Positions 1 to 13,000 are shown, counted from the first letter of the stretch. The stretch: 64,000 nucleotides of DNA from Octopus vulgaris (GCA_951406725.2 OX597816.1:11656001-11720000), one strand, 5' to 3'. Translations and numbers: made by a program. Notes: generated from the sequence alone by a model not told the origin.

Positions 1-644
1 TGCTCAGTGGTCTATGCAAAGTTTTCAAAACTTTTTCATCGTTTGTGACACAATCAAGGAGATCTTGTGCAACTGAGTCCGAGTGTCATTTTGGTCAGCT
101 GAAAGCAGTTTTGGCACAGACTTGGCAGACATGCACCTCATACCCAAATCTTCAGTGATAAGGGACAGAACTGAACTGTAACTAATCTGCACATCCTATG
201 ATAACTCACAGATGGTGATTCGACGATTTTCCCTCACAGCTGCTCATACATCTGCGATGTTTTTCTCAGTTCTGTAGGTTGTGGATCTCCCAGAACGTTT
301 GTCAATATCGACATTTTTTCGGCCATATTGGAAACTTTTGAACCCCTTGTACACTTGTGTGTGGCTCATACACTCCTCTCAATACAATTTCTGCAACTTT
401 GCATAGGCCTCTGAGCAGGTATCGCCATGACAGCTTTCTCTGTCATGGTCAATGCGATGATCACATGCTACACACCTTCCTTCCTAGCACTGCTGTAAAC
501 AGCAGAAGTGAGCTAGAATGTTAAAACTTAGTGTGCACATACACAGCAGAGTCCAAGGTCAATCTTTGCCAGGTGGCTTTATTCTGTGTGCTTTAGCTTC
601 GTTACTATAGCAACAGTCCAGATACTTATTGATCAGACCTTGTA
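1..644 (-). mobile_element. Mariner-family transposon relic (5' TIR plus decayed N-terminal transposase; runs off the window start)
   Basis: Minus-strand translation gives ...SGRSTT...VRENRRITI.EL...LITEDLGMRCMSAKSVPKLLSADQ (mariner HTH region and WVPHEL-like linker) with stops. Mariner-type TIR with TA at about 617-645. Confidence 0.85.
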
Positions 645-705
645 TATTGGAGCTGATCAAACTTTTTAAATTCCTCTTCCACAACATTTATAAATCTTCC
701 ACATA

Positions 706-872
706 AAAAGCACCCAGTACATGCTGTAGAGTGGTTGGCATCAGGAAGGGTATCCAGCTGTTGAAATCATGCCAAAGCAGACATTGGAACCAGGTGTAGC
801 TCTGGCATTGGCAGGTCTTGTCAAACTGTCCAACTCATGCCAGCATGGAAAAGAGATGTTAATTAATGATGT
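706..872 (+). mobile_element. SINE family C (GTTGGC..AGGAAGGGCATCCAGCTGT body, (TGA)n tail), degenerate
   Basis: Matches copies at 9510-9790, 11264-11433, 12778-12998, 27061-27215 and 45083-45283. Confidence 0.75.
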
Positions 873-1033
873 TGCTAAGCAGTGCTCTGCTATAACCAAA
901 CATCCATTTATCTAAACTTTATACAAATCCACACAAACATCAAATTATTCTCTCCAAACATACAACCAAAAGTCATCCTCTTGTTCATTTTTGTGGATGG
1001 ACAAGGAGTGGTTAAATGAAAATTTATGCCCAC

Positions 1034-1114
1034 GGGCATATGGTGTAGTGATTGAGAGCATGGGCTACTAACCTCAAGATACCAAGTTTGATTCCAAGCA
1101 GTGACCTGAATTAT

Positions 1115-1179
<65 letters not shown>

Positions 1180-1318
1180 TAACAACAACAACAACAACAT
1201 CGAAAAATACCTTAGGAATGAGAACCCAGGTTCGAAATTTCCCTAAGACACCTGATGAAGGCTGGAGGGTATATCAGCCGAAGCGTTGTGTTAACAATAA
1301 ACAAGATGAGGACAAATG
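1034..1318 (+). mobile_element. tRNA-headed short element (family F) with (TAA/CAA)n and a hammerhead-like tail
   Basis: A-box-like TGGTGTAGTG and B-box-like GTTTGATTCC; (TAA)n(CAA)n at 1115-1199; CTGATGA...GAAG at 1252-1283; homologous to 39772-40093. Confidence 0.8.
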
Positions 1319-1724
1319 AAAATTCAGTTGCAAAATATTTACACAAGACTCTCTGGCATTAGAACCTATTAAAGATTGTGGCCAAGTTCTCGACATAATG
1401 AAACAGTTCATATTTCTTGGCATTGGAAAAGCTGATAATATTCTACTAAAGGCCATTATTTACTGATGCTTTGCCCGATATTTTGAAACCATATCAATGT
1501 GGTTCACAGCAAAACAAAAGACAAGTATATCCAATTTTGAATTCATTTTGGTATTTGGTAAACTTTTCAAACTTTTTATCTCTATACAATTATTCTATGG
1601 TAGAATGGTAAATACCAGCTTAACCCATTCGTTACTATATTTCTGTTGAAATAGAATGTATTTCTTTCAAGTAATTTCGAAAATAATAAAGAATTTATTA
1701 AAATAACTTTGCCATTATTAAAGT

Positions 1725-2216
1725 GTAATTTCAATAAAGAACAAAATAAGAATTTTTAACACTAACGTAAAAGCGGTGTTATTCTATGGGACTGAGACAT
1801 GGCGAACAACAGTTAAGTCAAATAAGCAAATACAATCATTCATCAACAGATGCTTGCGTAGTATACTTAAAATTAGATGGACCGAACACATAAGAAATAT
1901 GGAGCTATGGCAAAGAACAAATCAGGTTTCAATTAGGGAGCAAATATTTAAGAATAAGTGGAAGTGGATTGGTAGCACAATTAGAAAAGACACACCAAAT
2001 GTAGCGAAAGGGGATTTACAGTGGAAACCGGATGGATATAGAAAGAAAAGTAGGCCTAAGAACTCGTGGCGTAGATCAACACAGAAGGAACTAGAGAAAG
2101 GGGGACATTCATGGCAGAGTATAAGTACAGAAGCGAAAAATTATGTGACATGGAATTCAACTATAAGTGGCTTATACTCTGCATTGGAGGGTTAAATGCA
2201 TAAAGAAGAAAAGAAG
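1725..2216 (+). mobile_element. RTE-clade LINE 3' fragment nested in a piggyBac-like MITE
   Basis: LFYGTETW...FINRCLRSILKIRW...WKWIG...RPKNSWRR is the RTE C-terminal signature; flanked by a repeated attattaaa. Confidence 0.85.
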
Positions 2217-3044
2217 ATTATTAAATGGGTATTTGGAACTGGAATTAGCATGAAATTATGATGGAAGTTTTTAATTTAAATCACTTCAAAACATGTAGTT
2301 TGTATCATAGAGTCAGAGATAATCTCATCCAGGTTGATATAACAAAATTTCTAACTTTGGAATAATCTTTGCAGGTATTCCACTGAGAGATGATGACCTT
2401 ATTGAGCAAAATATCTTCAATTCCATTTTCAATTTTCATTTCTGCACCAGTGGTATGTAAAAAGCACCTTTCGAGCATTGGGCCTCACACAGGCAAAGTG
2501 ACTGATGTGTTTCTGTATATGTGGGTGCATGCAAACATAGTTGGGAGTTTCTAAAGCTAAATTCTTAACCCAGGGATTTCAGGTTCAGCTACACTTCATG
2601 AGCTTTCAGGCAAATTTCTTCTATAGCTACTTTATGCTGACTAATTCCTTGTCAGTATAATTGGTTAACATATGTGTGCTAGGCTATCATGTGTGTCCGT
2701 GTATCTTCATTAACTCTGTTTTGCATTTTTTTTCCAGTAAATAAAGATGTGTTCAGTGGTGGTGTAGGTTTCATCAAGTGGGGGCCGATGAAATAAAAAT
2801 ATCTTATTAAGAAAAGAACTCCAGGCCATAAAAAAAATCCTGATTCATTATGTCTAATCAAGCCAATGCCAGTGTTTTACAAGTCTCAAAATTTGGGTTG
2901 GTCATTCAATGGGGATTCAGAACCAGAATTTATAAGCTGATAAATCAAGACATGGTTTTTGTAGCTCAAAGAAACCCAGAAACTAAAAGTAGGGGTGAGC
3001 TCCAATTCCAGCTGATCTTATAAAGTACCCATTCTCTCTCAAAC

Positions 3045-3260
3045 ATTAGCTTCAAATTTCACACAATGCCAGCAATTTCAAGAGAGGGGGCAAGTTGATT
3101 ACATCGACCCCAGTGGCAACTCATACTTATTTTACTGAAGCTAAAAAAATGAAAGGCAAAGTTGACCTCTGGCAGGATTTGAACTCAGAACATAAAGATG
3201 GATGACATGCTACCAAGCATTTTGCCTGATATGCTAATGATACTGCCATTTCGCTGCTTT
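3045..3260 (-). mobile_element. SINE family A (Meta-domain-like), degenerate
   Basis: Reverse complement of the GCCTTTCATCCTTTCGGGGTCGATAAAATAAGTACCAG-like core. Confidence 0.65.
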
Positions 3261-3331
3261 ATTCTACCACAAGTCTTGAATACTTTTTCTTCCCTTTGTT
3301 ATCACTAAAATAGCATATGTATACATACATT

Positions 3332-3593
3332 GTGGAGGCACGTGGCTTAGTGGTTAGGGTGTCAGCATCATGATCGTAAGATTTTGGTTTCGATTCCTGG
3401 ACCGGGCGACACATTGTGTTCTTGAGCAAAACACTTTATTTCATGTTGCTCCAGTCCACTCAGCTGGCAAAAATGAGTAACGCTGCAATGGACTGGCGTC
3501 CTGTCCAGCTGGGAATCACATATGCCATAGAAACCAGGAAACCGGGCCCATGAGACTGGCTAGGCTTTAAAAGGGCGCATTTATTATTTTATT
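3332..3593 (+). mobile_element. tRNA-derived SINE family E (CORE/V-like TTGTGTTCTTGAGCAAAACACTT body)
   Basis: A box TGGCTTAGTGG, B box GGTTTCGATTCC, TTA-rich tail; TSD tatacatacatt at 3320-3331 and 3594-3605. Confidence 0.85.
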
Positions 3594-3807
3594 TATACAT
3601 ACATTATGTACTCGTTAGACAGACTTTCAGAAACAGAGTTAGATAGACTAAACAGCTAAAGAGATGAGGATATTTTCCCTATTATATCTCTGGGTATGAC
3701 AGGATTTTGTAAGGTGATTCTTTGAGTATGACAATTCCATGGAGTGGGCAAGAAGTTGGAGAGTCTGAATAAATATCTGAAAAATCGAAAATATATTTAC
3801 AAAAGTA

Positions 3808-4200
3808 AAAAATAATAATGAAATTATTGTATACAGTGCTCAGGTGCACCACAACTTGTCAAAAGTGCGTATAAAGCATATCCACTAATGTACAAATGTC
3901 TGGAAAGTGAACAGTGTATGAGTCAGATACATGCTTGCGTGTGTCTGGAGAGGAGAAAATCAGGTGTAGTGTTGGCGAATCTCAGGAAGCATGGAAGTTT
4001 TGAAGGATGCAGTGCTCCGACAACTAACAACTGATGCCGGCAGTTTGTTCCATGCTTCAGCAACTCTGAGCGTGAAAAAATGTTTCCGAAAGTCATGGGA
4101 GCTGTGCTGTTTTCTGACTTTGTAAACATGTCCACGGGTGTTAGACAGGTGGAATTTGAAAAGGTGCTCAGAGTTATTGTTGGTAAGATGGTTAATAATT
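3808..4200 (-). mobile_element. CR1-like LINE 3' end
   Basis: NTRGHVYKV...RKHFFTLRVAEAWNKLPASVV...FK is the CR1-type C-terminal motif, followed by a 3' UTR and (TTA) tail. Confidence 0.85.
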
Positions 4201-4609
4201 TTAGTCCCTAAAACATTAATTCTCTTCACATTACTTGGCAACACTTGAACTTATTCCCAGGTTTTAAAAAACCAATTTTCACTAAAAGCAACCATTACAA
4301 TTTTATTTGGATTTCTGCTTTTCTTTCATATAAAAACTAGAGTAAATTTATGTTCTTTGCCAGCTAAGAGCATAATGGATGTTGAAATATATAACTCAGA
4401 ATTATGGAGTTGATGGCCTTGCATTTAAGCTTCAAATAGATATTATAACTTTTGTATAATGTACAATTAGATTTAGAAAATAAATCACAAAGATGACTTA
4501 GTAATTGCTTCATATACAAACGACAAACTGACCAATAAGCTGCATTTTAATTTCTGATCTACTTACAAAATTCCTTTGTAGTCATTGGACAATTGAACTG
4601 CATATTGAT

Positions 4610-5075
4610 TTGTTTATAGCCCACAAGGGGCTAAACATACAGGGGACAAACAAGGACAGACAAAGGGATTGAATTGATTATATTGACCCTAGTGTGTAAC
4701 TGGTACTTATTTTATCAACCTTGAAATAATGAAAGGCAAAAATCAACCTTGGTGAAATTTGAACTCAGAATGTAAAGAGAGACAAAATACCCCTAAACAT
4801 TTGGTGCAGCAGACTAATGGTTCAGGCAGCTGACCACCTTAATTATTGGGAATATTTATTTCTTTATTGCCCACAAGGGGCTAAACATAGAGGGGACAAA
4901 CAAGGACAAAGGGATTGAGTCAATTACATCAACCCCAATGCGTAACTGGTACCTATTTAATTGAACCTGAAAGGATGAAAGGCAAAGTCGACCCTCGCAG
5001 AATTTGAACTCAGAACAGATGAAATACCGCCAAGCATTCCACCCAGCATACTCACAATTCTGCCAGCTCACTGCC
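4610..5075 (-). mobile_element. Two adjacent SINE family A copies
   Basis: Two copies of cccacaaggggctaaac...gaaaggcaaa...atttgaactcagaa. Confidence 0.8.
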
Positions 5076-7309
5076 CTCAATTGAACTGCATACTGATTGA
5101 TTATTGATATGGCTATGTGGTTGAGAAATTCACTTCCTGATTGAGAGGTAAAAAAATTTGCTTCCTGGACATGTGGTTCAGAAGCTTGCTCCCCGTCCAT
5201 TTGGTCTTTGGTTCAGTCCTGCTGTGTGGAACCCTTGGGCAAATGTTTTCTACTATAGAGCTCAGTTATCCAAAACCTTGTGGGTAGCTTTGGTAGACAT
5301 TTAGTAAAAGCAGATGTCATGTATGTATGTGTGTGCGTTTGCATGTATCTGAGTTTGTGATTCCTTGTCTTGGCATCAAGAGATAGCTACGAGTGTCTCT
5401 GTCGCACAAACGGTGTCTATTTCTGATCTTCTATAAAAACATATCTTCATGTGGAAAAAATATTGCCTTATTCAGAAACAAGTGAGGGCTGGTGACAAGA
5501 AGGACATCTGGCCATACAAAAATCTGTTTCTATGGTTTCCATCTAACTCATGCAAGCATGGAAAAACAGACGTTAAAATAGAGTTGATGATGATGATGAC
5601 AGGGATGGTTAAGAACCCATAGAGACCCAAAGCACTTATAAAAGATTTGGTGCCCCCATATATAATCAGACCATAAAAAAAGTTTTCATATTGTATAAAT
5701 CACTGAATATTATTCTAGCAAGTTTAAAATGATTTTCTTTGTGCCATAAACCATTTACCATTTCTGTGGAGTCCCCTTTCCTTGATGCTCTAAGTACATG
5801 CATATTTTGCTTAATGGTTAATCCAGTGTTGGATGATGATGATATACACCAGAAATTCTGAGCCAGTGGTTTGCGATAACTAAGGACACAAATGCTTTAT
5901 ATTACAGATGAAGGAAATTGGAAAACATAATGTTATGCTTCACCATAGATATAAGTTTCATACACGGAGTGAGATTACCTTCAATATTACTTAAAGCCAT
6001 TTTGTGGTGATGCATCTGGGATCTTTTAACTATGGCTGTCGTTAAGAGAACTGTACAATTGTTCTTTATTTATTTTTTTATTTTCTAACAATTTTTTATT
6101 GACTAACAAATAATCTTACACACCTCAAGTAGTAATGTACTTCTCGGTCGTGGGAACATTTATTCATGATTCAAATGTTTCTTCTGTCACATCAATTCAA
6201 AAGACACACCGAGGACTTCGTTTCTGCCCTCTCGCTTACAAAACCACTTTGAACAAACATATACATACATGAATGTATCTGTTGGACAACAAACATACTT
6301 CTTACTCTATCTCTCTAACCCAAAACATCAAAGCCAAACTAAATGATGCCACCAATCTTCTGCAACATTGATTTGCTTTTGCAACAAGCTGAACACATTT
6401 ATTTTCCAAAGTAGATCTTCAAGGAAAAAAAAAAATTCACCTATGTTCATCGTTTTTTTGTTTTTTCTATTCTACCCTTTTTTACTCTTTTCAGGTTATC
6501 TATCCCCTCGCCCCTGCCTAGTCATCCTATTAAGTCTGAGAAATAATATATATATGTATGTGTATATGTATGTATCTGTGTGTGTGTGTGCTTGCGTGTA
6601 AAAAAAAAATTGACAAAACACCACCAACAAGAAAATAAAAGCACTATGAAAGGAAATAAATTCAGACATTAAAACTATAACCTGAGGTTGGCATAAATCA
6701 TAACTCCAGTAAATGGCCCATTCAGGCTTTTAGGTATGATTAATAAAGAAATAAATCAGAAAGTTGTTTTACTAAAAATCAAAAAAAAAAAATACCAGTA
6801 AAAAAAAAAAGAATAGAAAAGAGAATAAAGTTCAGAATGGAGCCAGTTTCATTATCACAAGAAGAAAATAATGAAAAAAGATTGATTTTTTTTTTTTTAA
6901 TTTTATTTTTCTTCCTTTTTTGCAACCAATATTTTTTGTCATGTTTCACCAAGCAGTGATATTCATAGCTTAACAGAACAATTTGTTATAAGTTATAACT
7001 AACACGAACAGCTTCAAGGGCAAGTTCAAACTGAAAAAGAAGCGACTGGCATACCTTTGTTACTGTTAAGATATTTAAATTTAGAATTTTTAGTTTTTTT
7101 TTAAAAACGGTTTGTATATCTATTTAAAAAAAATTTTTTTTTATATTATAGAAATAAAACTGAAAGGTGAATTTAACCTTGGAGAAAAATCATGGTTAAA
7201 ATAATTTTCAAAAATTAAATTTAATATTATTGGTATTTTTTGTATTTAGAAATATATTTCACACCTTGTATTATCTTTTATATTCACAATTTTTCTCTCT
7301 TTTTCTACC

Positions 7310-7355
7310 ATATATATATATATATACATATACACAAATATATATTTATATATAT

Positions 7356-7450
<95 letters not shown>

Positions 7451-7465
7451 TATACACACATATAT

Positions 7466-7532
<67 letters not shown>

Positions 7533-7600
7533 TATACACACACATGCATATATACATATATATATATATACACACACATACATATATACATACATGTATG
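7310..7600. repeat. Compound (TA)n/(CA)n microsatellite
   Basis: Directly visible; source of spurious YI/CV-repeat ORFs. Confidence 0.95.
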
Positions 7601-8107
7601 AGCACACAAATACATACACGCTCAGATATATGTGTTCTACAGGAAGATTAAATAGAATTTTAAAGAAATCTAAAAAAATATTTGGTTGGGCTTCAAACAA
7701 TTAGATTATAGAACAAATGTTCATTAATTGCTATCATATTACAAATAAGGCTGCAAACAATTTTTAATTAACAGACTTTATTCCAAGCTGACTGAAATGA
7801 AATTTCACAAAATATAAACATATTTTTGGCTGAACATTTCATTCTATGAATTAATTACTAAGAATTTTATGTAAACAGTGTTAGATTTTCTAAGGAATAA
7901 ACAAAACAACAGTATGCTCACTGACAGGCAGATCGGTTGCTCTTTATTTTGTCTCAAATCAATGCTTCATTATCATTCCACCAACACCATCTTCATTATC
8001 ATCAGCACCAACACCACCACCAACATCATTGTCACTACACTACTGCCACTGTTGGTGACCATCCTGTCTTTTCATAATTTATTCATAATTTATCTCATAT
8101 CATCCTT

Positions 8108-8768
8108 GTTAACCTCTTTTTTTTTTGTTACCATAACTCTGTTGAAATAATCTGCCTTTGTTTAAGTTATTTTGAAAACGAAAGATTAAGCAAAATAACT
8201 TTGGCTTTATAAAGCCAGTGTTTGGAATATGAATTTATATGAAATTTTGTTGGAATTTTAAAATTTGGATCACTCTAAAACAGGAAATTAACTTCATAGA
8301 TCAAGATCAGTCTCAGATTTTTTGGTATCAAAAAGGATTAAAGATACATATTTCTATGAAATTCTCAAACATTTGTCACCATATTTCTATTGAAATTCTC
8401 TACCTCCGTTTCAATAAATTTCAAAACCAAAGAATTTAGTAAAATAAAACTGTCTTTATTAAAATGGTGTTTACAACATAAATTAACATCAAATTTTGAT
8501 AGAAGATTTTAATTTATATCACTCGAAAACAGGAAGTTTGTATATCGTAGTCACAAAGGCAATCTCAGGAAGTTGATATCAAAGAAGTTAATGCATTTGC
8601 TGCTATATTTCCATAAAAATTTGCTGTTCTTTGTTTTGACTCGCTTTAAAAATAATGAAGAATTTAGTAAAATAACCATAATTATTAAGCTAGTATTTAG
8701 AACATAACTTGGAAAATTTAATTTAGATAATTCTAAAACAGGAAGTTTATTTCCTAGAAAGAAGGGTT
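8108..8768 (+). mobile_element. Three adjacent degenerate piggyBac-like MITEs (about 180-230 bp each)
   Basis: Repeated units with ttaa-bounded ends sharing gaatttagtaaaataa and aaaacaggaagttt; related copies near 1620-2345 and 16460-17052. Confidence 0.6.
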
Positions 8769-9509
8769 GTTCAAACATTTTCTTAGGGCAAACCAATTTA
8801 TTTAAGTGCTGAACAGTTTGCTGCAGAAATGGTTATGTAGTTGAGAAGTCTGTTATGCAACCATCCATCAAGCCCTCTTCAATTCTCAGCCTCTTAGCCA
8901 CTTCCTTGCTCCTGGGGCTTATGCTGTCACACTTCATCTCCTCCATCCTTTTTCCCTTCCAAGCTGATTTAGTCACGTATCTTCTCTACAGCAAGGAGCC
9001 TGTTCCTGTCCTTCTAGCGTACTTTAATGTCTCAACATTTGGCACAAAGCTCCTTCCCTCAGTATCACTCAGTAAAGGGGTTTCGTCATGTGTGTAACTT
9101 TGTGACCTCACTAGAGTGAGAGCAATGAAGAGAGATTGCCCAGTACACTATGCAATGTGGTCGGCATGAGGAAGCGCATCTAGTTATAAAAACCATGCTA
9201 AAACAGACAGAGAACTTAGCACAAATCTCTCATTTGTTAGATTTTGTCAAACCATCCAACACATATCGTTGCTCTTATGTTAAACTGTCGTATGTCCAAG
9301 CTTGGCTAAATGCATTTTTTTCAGTACTTAATTTTGCTTGCAATAGCCGGTTCTTTTGGTCAAACTATCGTATCTCCAGCTGCTTCAGATGTCAAGATAT
9401 GAAAACAGTCAAAGTGTAGTACAACGGTTTAGCATTTTTCAAAAGTGTAATAAGCCCTACATATATGACAGTTTTGCAAAAATATTCTTGACTGAAAATA
9501 TAATCATAC

Positions 9510-9790
9510 CAGCATCGCCTTGCTGGCACCTGTGCCATTGGCATGTGTAAAAAATTTGAGCTAGGTCGTTGCCAGTACCGCCTGATTGGTCCCTGTACCG
9601 GTGGCATGTAAAAGCACCCACTACACTCTCGGAGTGGTTGGCATTAGGAAGGGCATCCAGCTGTAGAAACTCTGCCAGATCAAGACTGGAGCCCGGTGCA
9701 GCCATATGGTTCGCCAGCCCTCAGACAAACCGTCCAACCCATGCTAGCATGGAAAGCGGATGTTAAACGATGGTGATGGTGGTGATGATG
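9510..9790 (+). mobile_element. SINE family C
   Basis: gttggcattaggaagggcatccagctgtaga...catgctagcatggaaagcggatgttaaacgatg tail. Confidence 0.85.
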
Positions 9791-10472
9791 AAGTTACGAT
9801 TTTATGAACCCAACAAAGTATTATTGTTAAGCTGAAACTGTTTCTAATGAAAAATGAAATGGAATGATGAAACTAGTTTGTTTTTTTTCTGAAAAAGCAG
9901 CGTTTTGGACTTAAAACACTTTTTGATAATAATGACTTGAGCAAAATAAAAGCATTCTTTTGTTTCATATTTCCTTTACTTTAAGACTTCAGTCATCCAA
10001 CTGAGATACAGTTGTACCTCAGTTTTCAAACAACACTGATCTCAAATAAATCATGCTTTATATCATCATCATCGTTTAATGTCAGCTTTCCATGCTAGCA
10101 TGGGTTGGACGATGCATGGGTTATATATATATATATATATAATTAAAAATGAGGGTGTCTAAAAGACACCAACATGCCGAAATAGCAGTCGAAACTCTGA
10201 CTATAAAACCACGTTAAATGTTCATATCGCACCATGAGGTAAAGCGGAGGGACAAAACATACAAGCAAAAATTATTGAATAATTCAAGATCCAAGGATTT
10301 CTGGTTCTGCTTTAGATAAGCTTTACCGTCATCAATTGAATATATCAAGGGTACATAAATACAGATATATATATGCACAGCAAACGATATACTTACATAT
10401 ACTTACATATACTTACGATATACTTACATATACTTACATATATACTTACATATATATATATATATATATATA

Positions 10473-10699
10473 CTTTATTTTAAGCAGCAGAAAATTCAAC
10501 AAAATCTGTTACTCTGAGTTTCTCGTTGCCGTTCATCAGACAGTTTTTGCTAGAAAAAACTGTCTGATGAACGGCAACGAGAAACTCAGAGTAACAGATT
10601 TTGTTGAATTTTCTGCTGCTTAAAATAAAGCATATTACTCTACCACTGGTATTTGAGTACTCTTTTTTCCACCTTGTTTCACATTTATGTGTTTACTCC

Positions 10700-10700
<1 letters not shown>
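10473..10700 (+). mobile_element. PLE-like foldback remnant between (TA)n tracts
   Basis: Perfect 76-bp inverted arms 10473-10548 and 10555-10630 containing CTGATGA...GAAA. Confidence 0.65.
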
Positions 10701-10756
<56 letters not shown>

Positions 10757-11263
10757 TATATAGATAGATATAGGAATATATATAAAGCATGATCTATTTG
10801 TGATCAGTTTGTAAACTGAGGTACTACTGTGTTAAATGAATATGAGAAAGACAGGAGATAAAGCATGATTTCTTTGCAATCAGAGTTGTTCAAAAATCGA
10901 GGTTCTACTGTACTAGTGAAATCTTCATAAAAGTATTTTTTTATTTTGTTATCGACGCTATGACCAAAATAACAGTCTCTCATACTGCAGTGAAACACAT
11001 AAAAAAAAATGTTGAATATTTCTAGCCTCTTTGCAATCAGGAGACCACATTATCATCAAAATTGTGATCAATTGCTGACTGGCTAGGTTGCCAGCTTACC
11101 TGATGGCAAGTGGGCCCCTGCGCCATTAGAATCCATATATAGGGGCCCACGTTAGTATCTAAGGTGCACATCCCCTCAAGTTTGAGAATTTTTTATTCAT
11201 TCCTGGAAGAATGCATTAATTATTTCAGCCTGGCTGTGTTTGTAGACAGTTGAAAAGGATAAC

Positions 11264-11433
11264 ATCATCATCATCATTTAACGTCCGCTTTCCATGCTAG
11301 CATGGGTTGGATGATTTGACTGAGGACTAGCGAACCAGATGGCTGCACCAGGCTCCAGTCTGATCTGGCAGAGTTTCTACAGCTGGATGCCCTTCCTAAT
11401 GCCAACCAATCCGAGAGTGTTGTGGGTGCTTTT
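11264..11433 (-). mobile_element. SINE family C
   Basis: Reverse complement of the family C body; (CAT)n tail on the plus strand. Confidence 0.85.
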
Positions 11434-11834
11434 ACAGTTGAAAAGAATACTTTTAACAAAAAATAAAAAAATTAAATGACAGCATTGTAGTTGCAAGTGG
11501 GCCTCCCTCTCTTGTAGTTGTGGGTGGGCCCCCTTAGTCTCCTGGCAACCAATATTTTTAGACCCAGTCTGCCACTGACTGTAATCGTTTATTTTCAGGA
11601 ATTATATAAAAAAAAAATTAGAAACATCGTAAATCACCGTAAAGCAGATTTTCCTTTCCGTTTATAATTGTTATGGATTTAGTGAGGATTTAAAGTTATC
11701 TGCTTCTGAACTTCAGAAATTATAGTATCACCATCTTGAACAGACTGTCAGATGCTGTTGCAGTGGGAATATATGGTCAGCACAAGGTGTTGATGTGGCT
11801 GTGTGCATGTTGTTACAATGAAGTTATTATAATA

Positions 11835-11972
11835 TCGAGGGTTCCGGTTGATCCAAATCAACGGAACAGCCTAAAAACCTATCTTCAGACACGTGCACCC
11901 TTAACGTAGTTCTCGGGGATATTCAGCGTGACACAGAGAGTGACAAGGCCGGCCCCTTTGAAATACAGGTAC
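11835..11972 (-). mobile_element. 5'-truncated SINE family D
   Basis: Reverse complement of the 37715-37870 region; flanked by a 106-bp direct repeat. Confidence 0.75.
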
Positions 11973-12152
11973 ATTCAATACTCTCAGAAATGATAGTATC
12001 ACCATATTGAGCAAACTGTCAGATGCTGTTGCAGTGGGAATATATGGTTAGCACAAGGTGTTGATGTGGCTGCATGTATATTGTTACAAGAGTTCATAAA
12101 GAGATGAAGAATAAATTCAAGGTCTATATATTTATTACATTAAAAATATATT

Positions 12153-12445
12153 TTATTTACTGGTCGATGATGATGCATAGAATCAAAATGTAGAATCTAG
12201 TTGAATGAAGTAATCTATGCAAGAAAGTTCAGAGATAGAAAATGTAGAAATAACAGCTAAGCAGGGTTAGCAAGCTGTTTTTATTAATGGAATGCTAGAC
12301 ATTCAAGAAACTTCCAAGAGAAACTCTAAGCTTCTTGAATAATTAAAAATCACGTCTCAAGACACAGATGCTTCGAGAAACTTAGAAAAGGGAGGCTACT
12401 CTGTAATCTTTCTTGCAAGGGAGATCATTCAGCTATTTAGCAACG
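12153..12445 (-). mobile_element. Solo-LTR-like repeat (internally deleted copy)
   Basis: Highly similar to 28774-29160 but lacks about 90 bp internally. Confidence 0.55.
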
Positions 12446-12469
12446 TAGACCACTACACTGGTTTACATC

Positions 12470-12700
12470 ACTGGTCACAATGCACTTCCAATTCTGTCTG
12501 CACCATTCTTTTCCATCTCGACCCGAATTGCTTAACCATGCCATCTTCCCATTGTCATGGAGGCCTTTTCCAATCTCTTGGGTACCATTTGGCAAATGCA
12601 TGGGTCCACCTGTTGTCTTGGAACCTTGTGACATGTCTGACCTAGCGGAAATTGTGCTTTTAGTATTCTGCAATCCCATCATTCACTCTGCTCCATTCTT
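12470..12700 (-). mobile_element. RTE LINE C-terminal relic
   Basis: Minus frame reads RHVTRFQDNRWTHAFAKWYPRDWKRPP, like the RTE motif GHVAR..DNRWT....W.PR..KR. Confidence 0.75.
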
Positions 12701-12777
12701 GAATCATATGAAAATACAGAAAGTATTAAAAAAAAAAACAATCTTCAGAAATGAACACAATACATAAAAAATTTACT

Positions 12778-12946
12778 GCTGGCACGCAAAAGCACCCATT
12801 ACACTCTTGGAGTGGTTGGCATTAGGAAAGGCATCCAGCTGTAGAAACTCTACCACATCAAAATTGGAGCCTGGTGCAGCCATCTGGTTCGCCAGACCTC
12901 AGTCAAATCGTCCAACCCATGCTAGCATGGAAAGCAGATGTTAAAC

Positions 12947-12998
<52 letters not shown>
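12778..12998 (+). mobile_element. SINE family C with long (TGA)n tail
   Basis: Family C body and a (GAT)n run at 12948-12998. Confidence 0.85.

Positions 12999-13000
<2 letters not shown>

Noticed and set aside
2379-2451. Small plus-strand exon (ttgcag...gtatgt)
   Set aside because: Splice-like motifs alone are common, the peptide is unrecognisable and the 3' end runs into SINE-like sequence.
7240-7704. Long YI/CV/HT-repeat ORFs (also at 20465-21066, 51731-52067, 56526-56829, 59724-60579, 63293-63838)
   Set aside because: They are stop-free translations of dinucleotide and tetranucleotide microsatellites.
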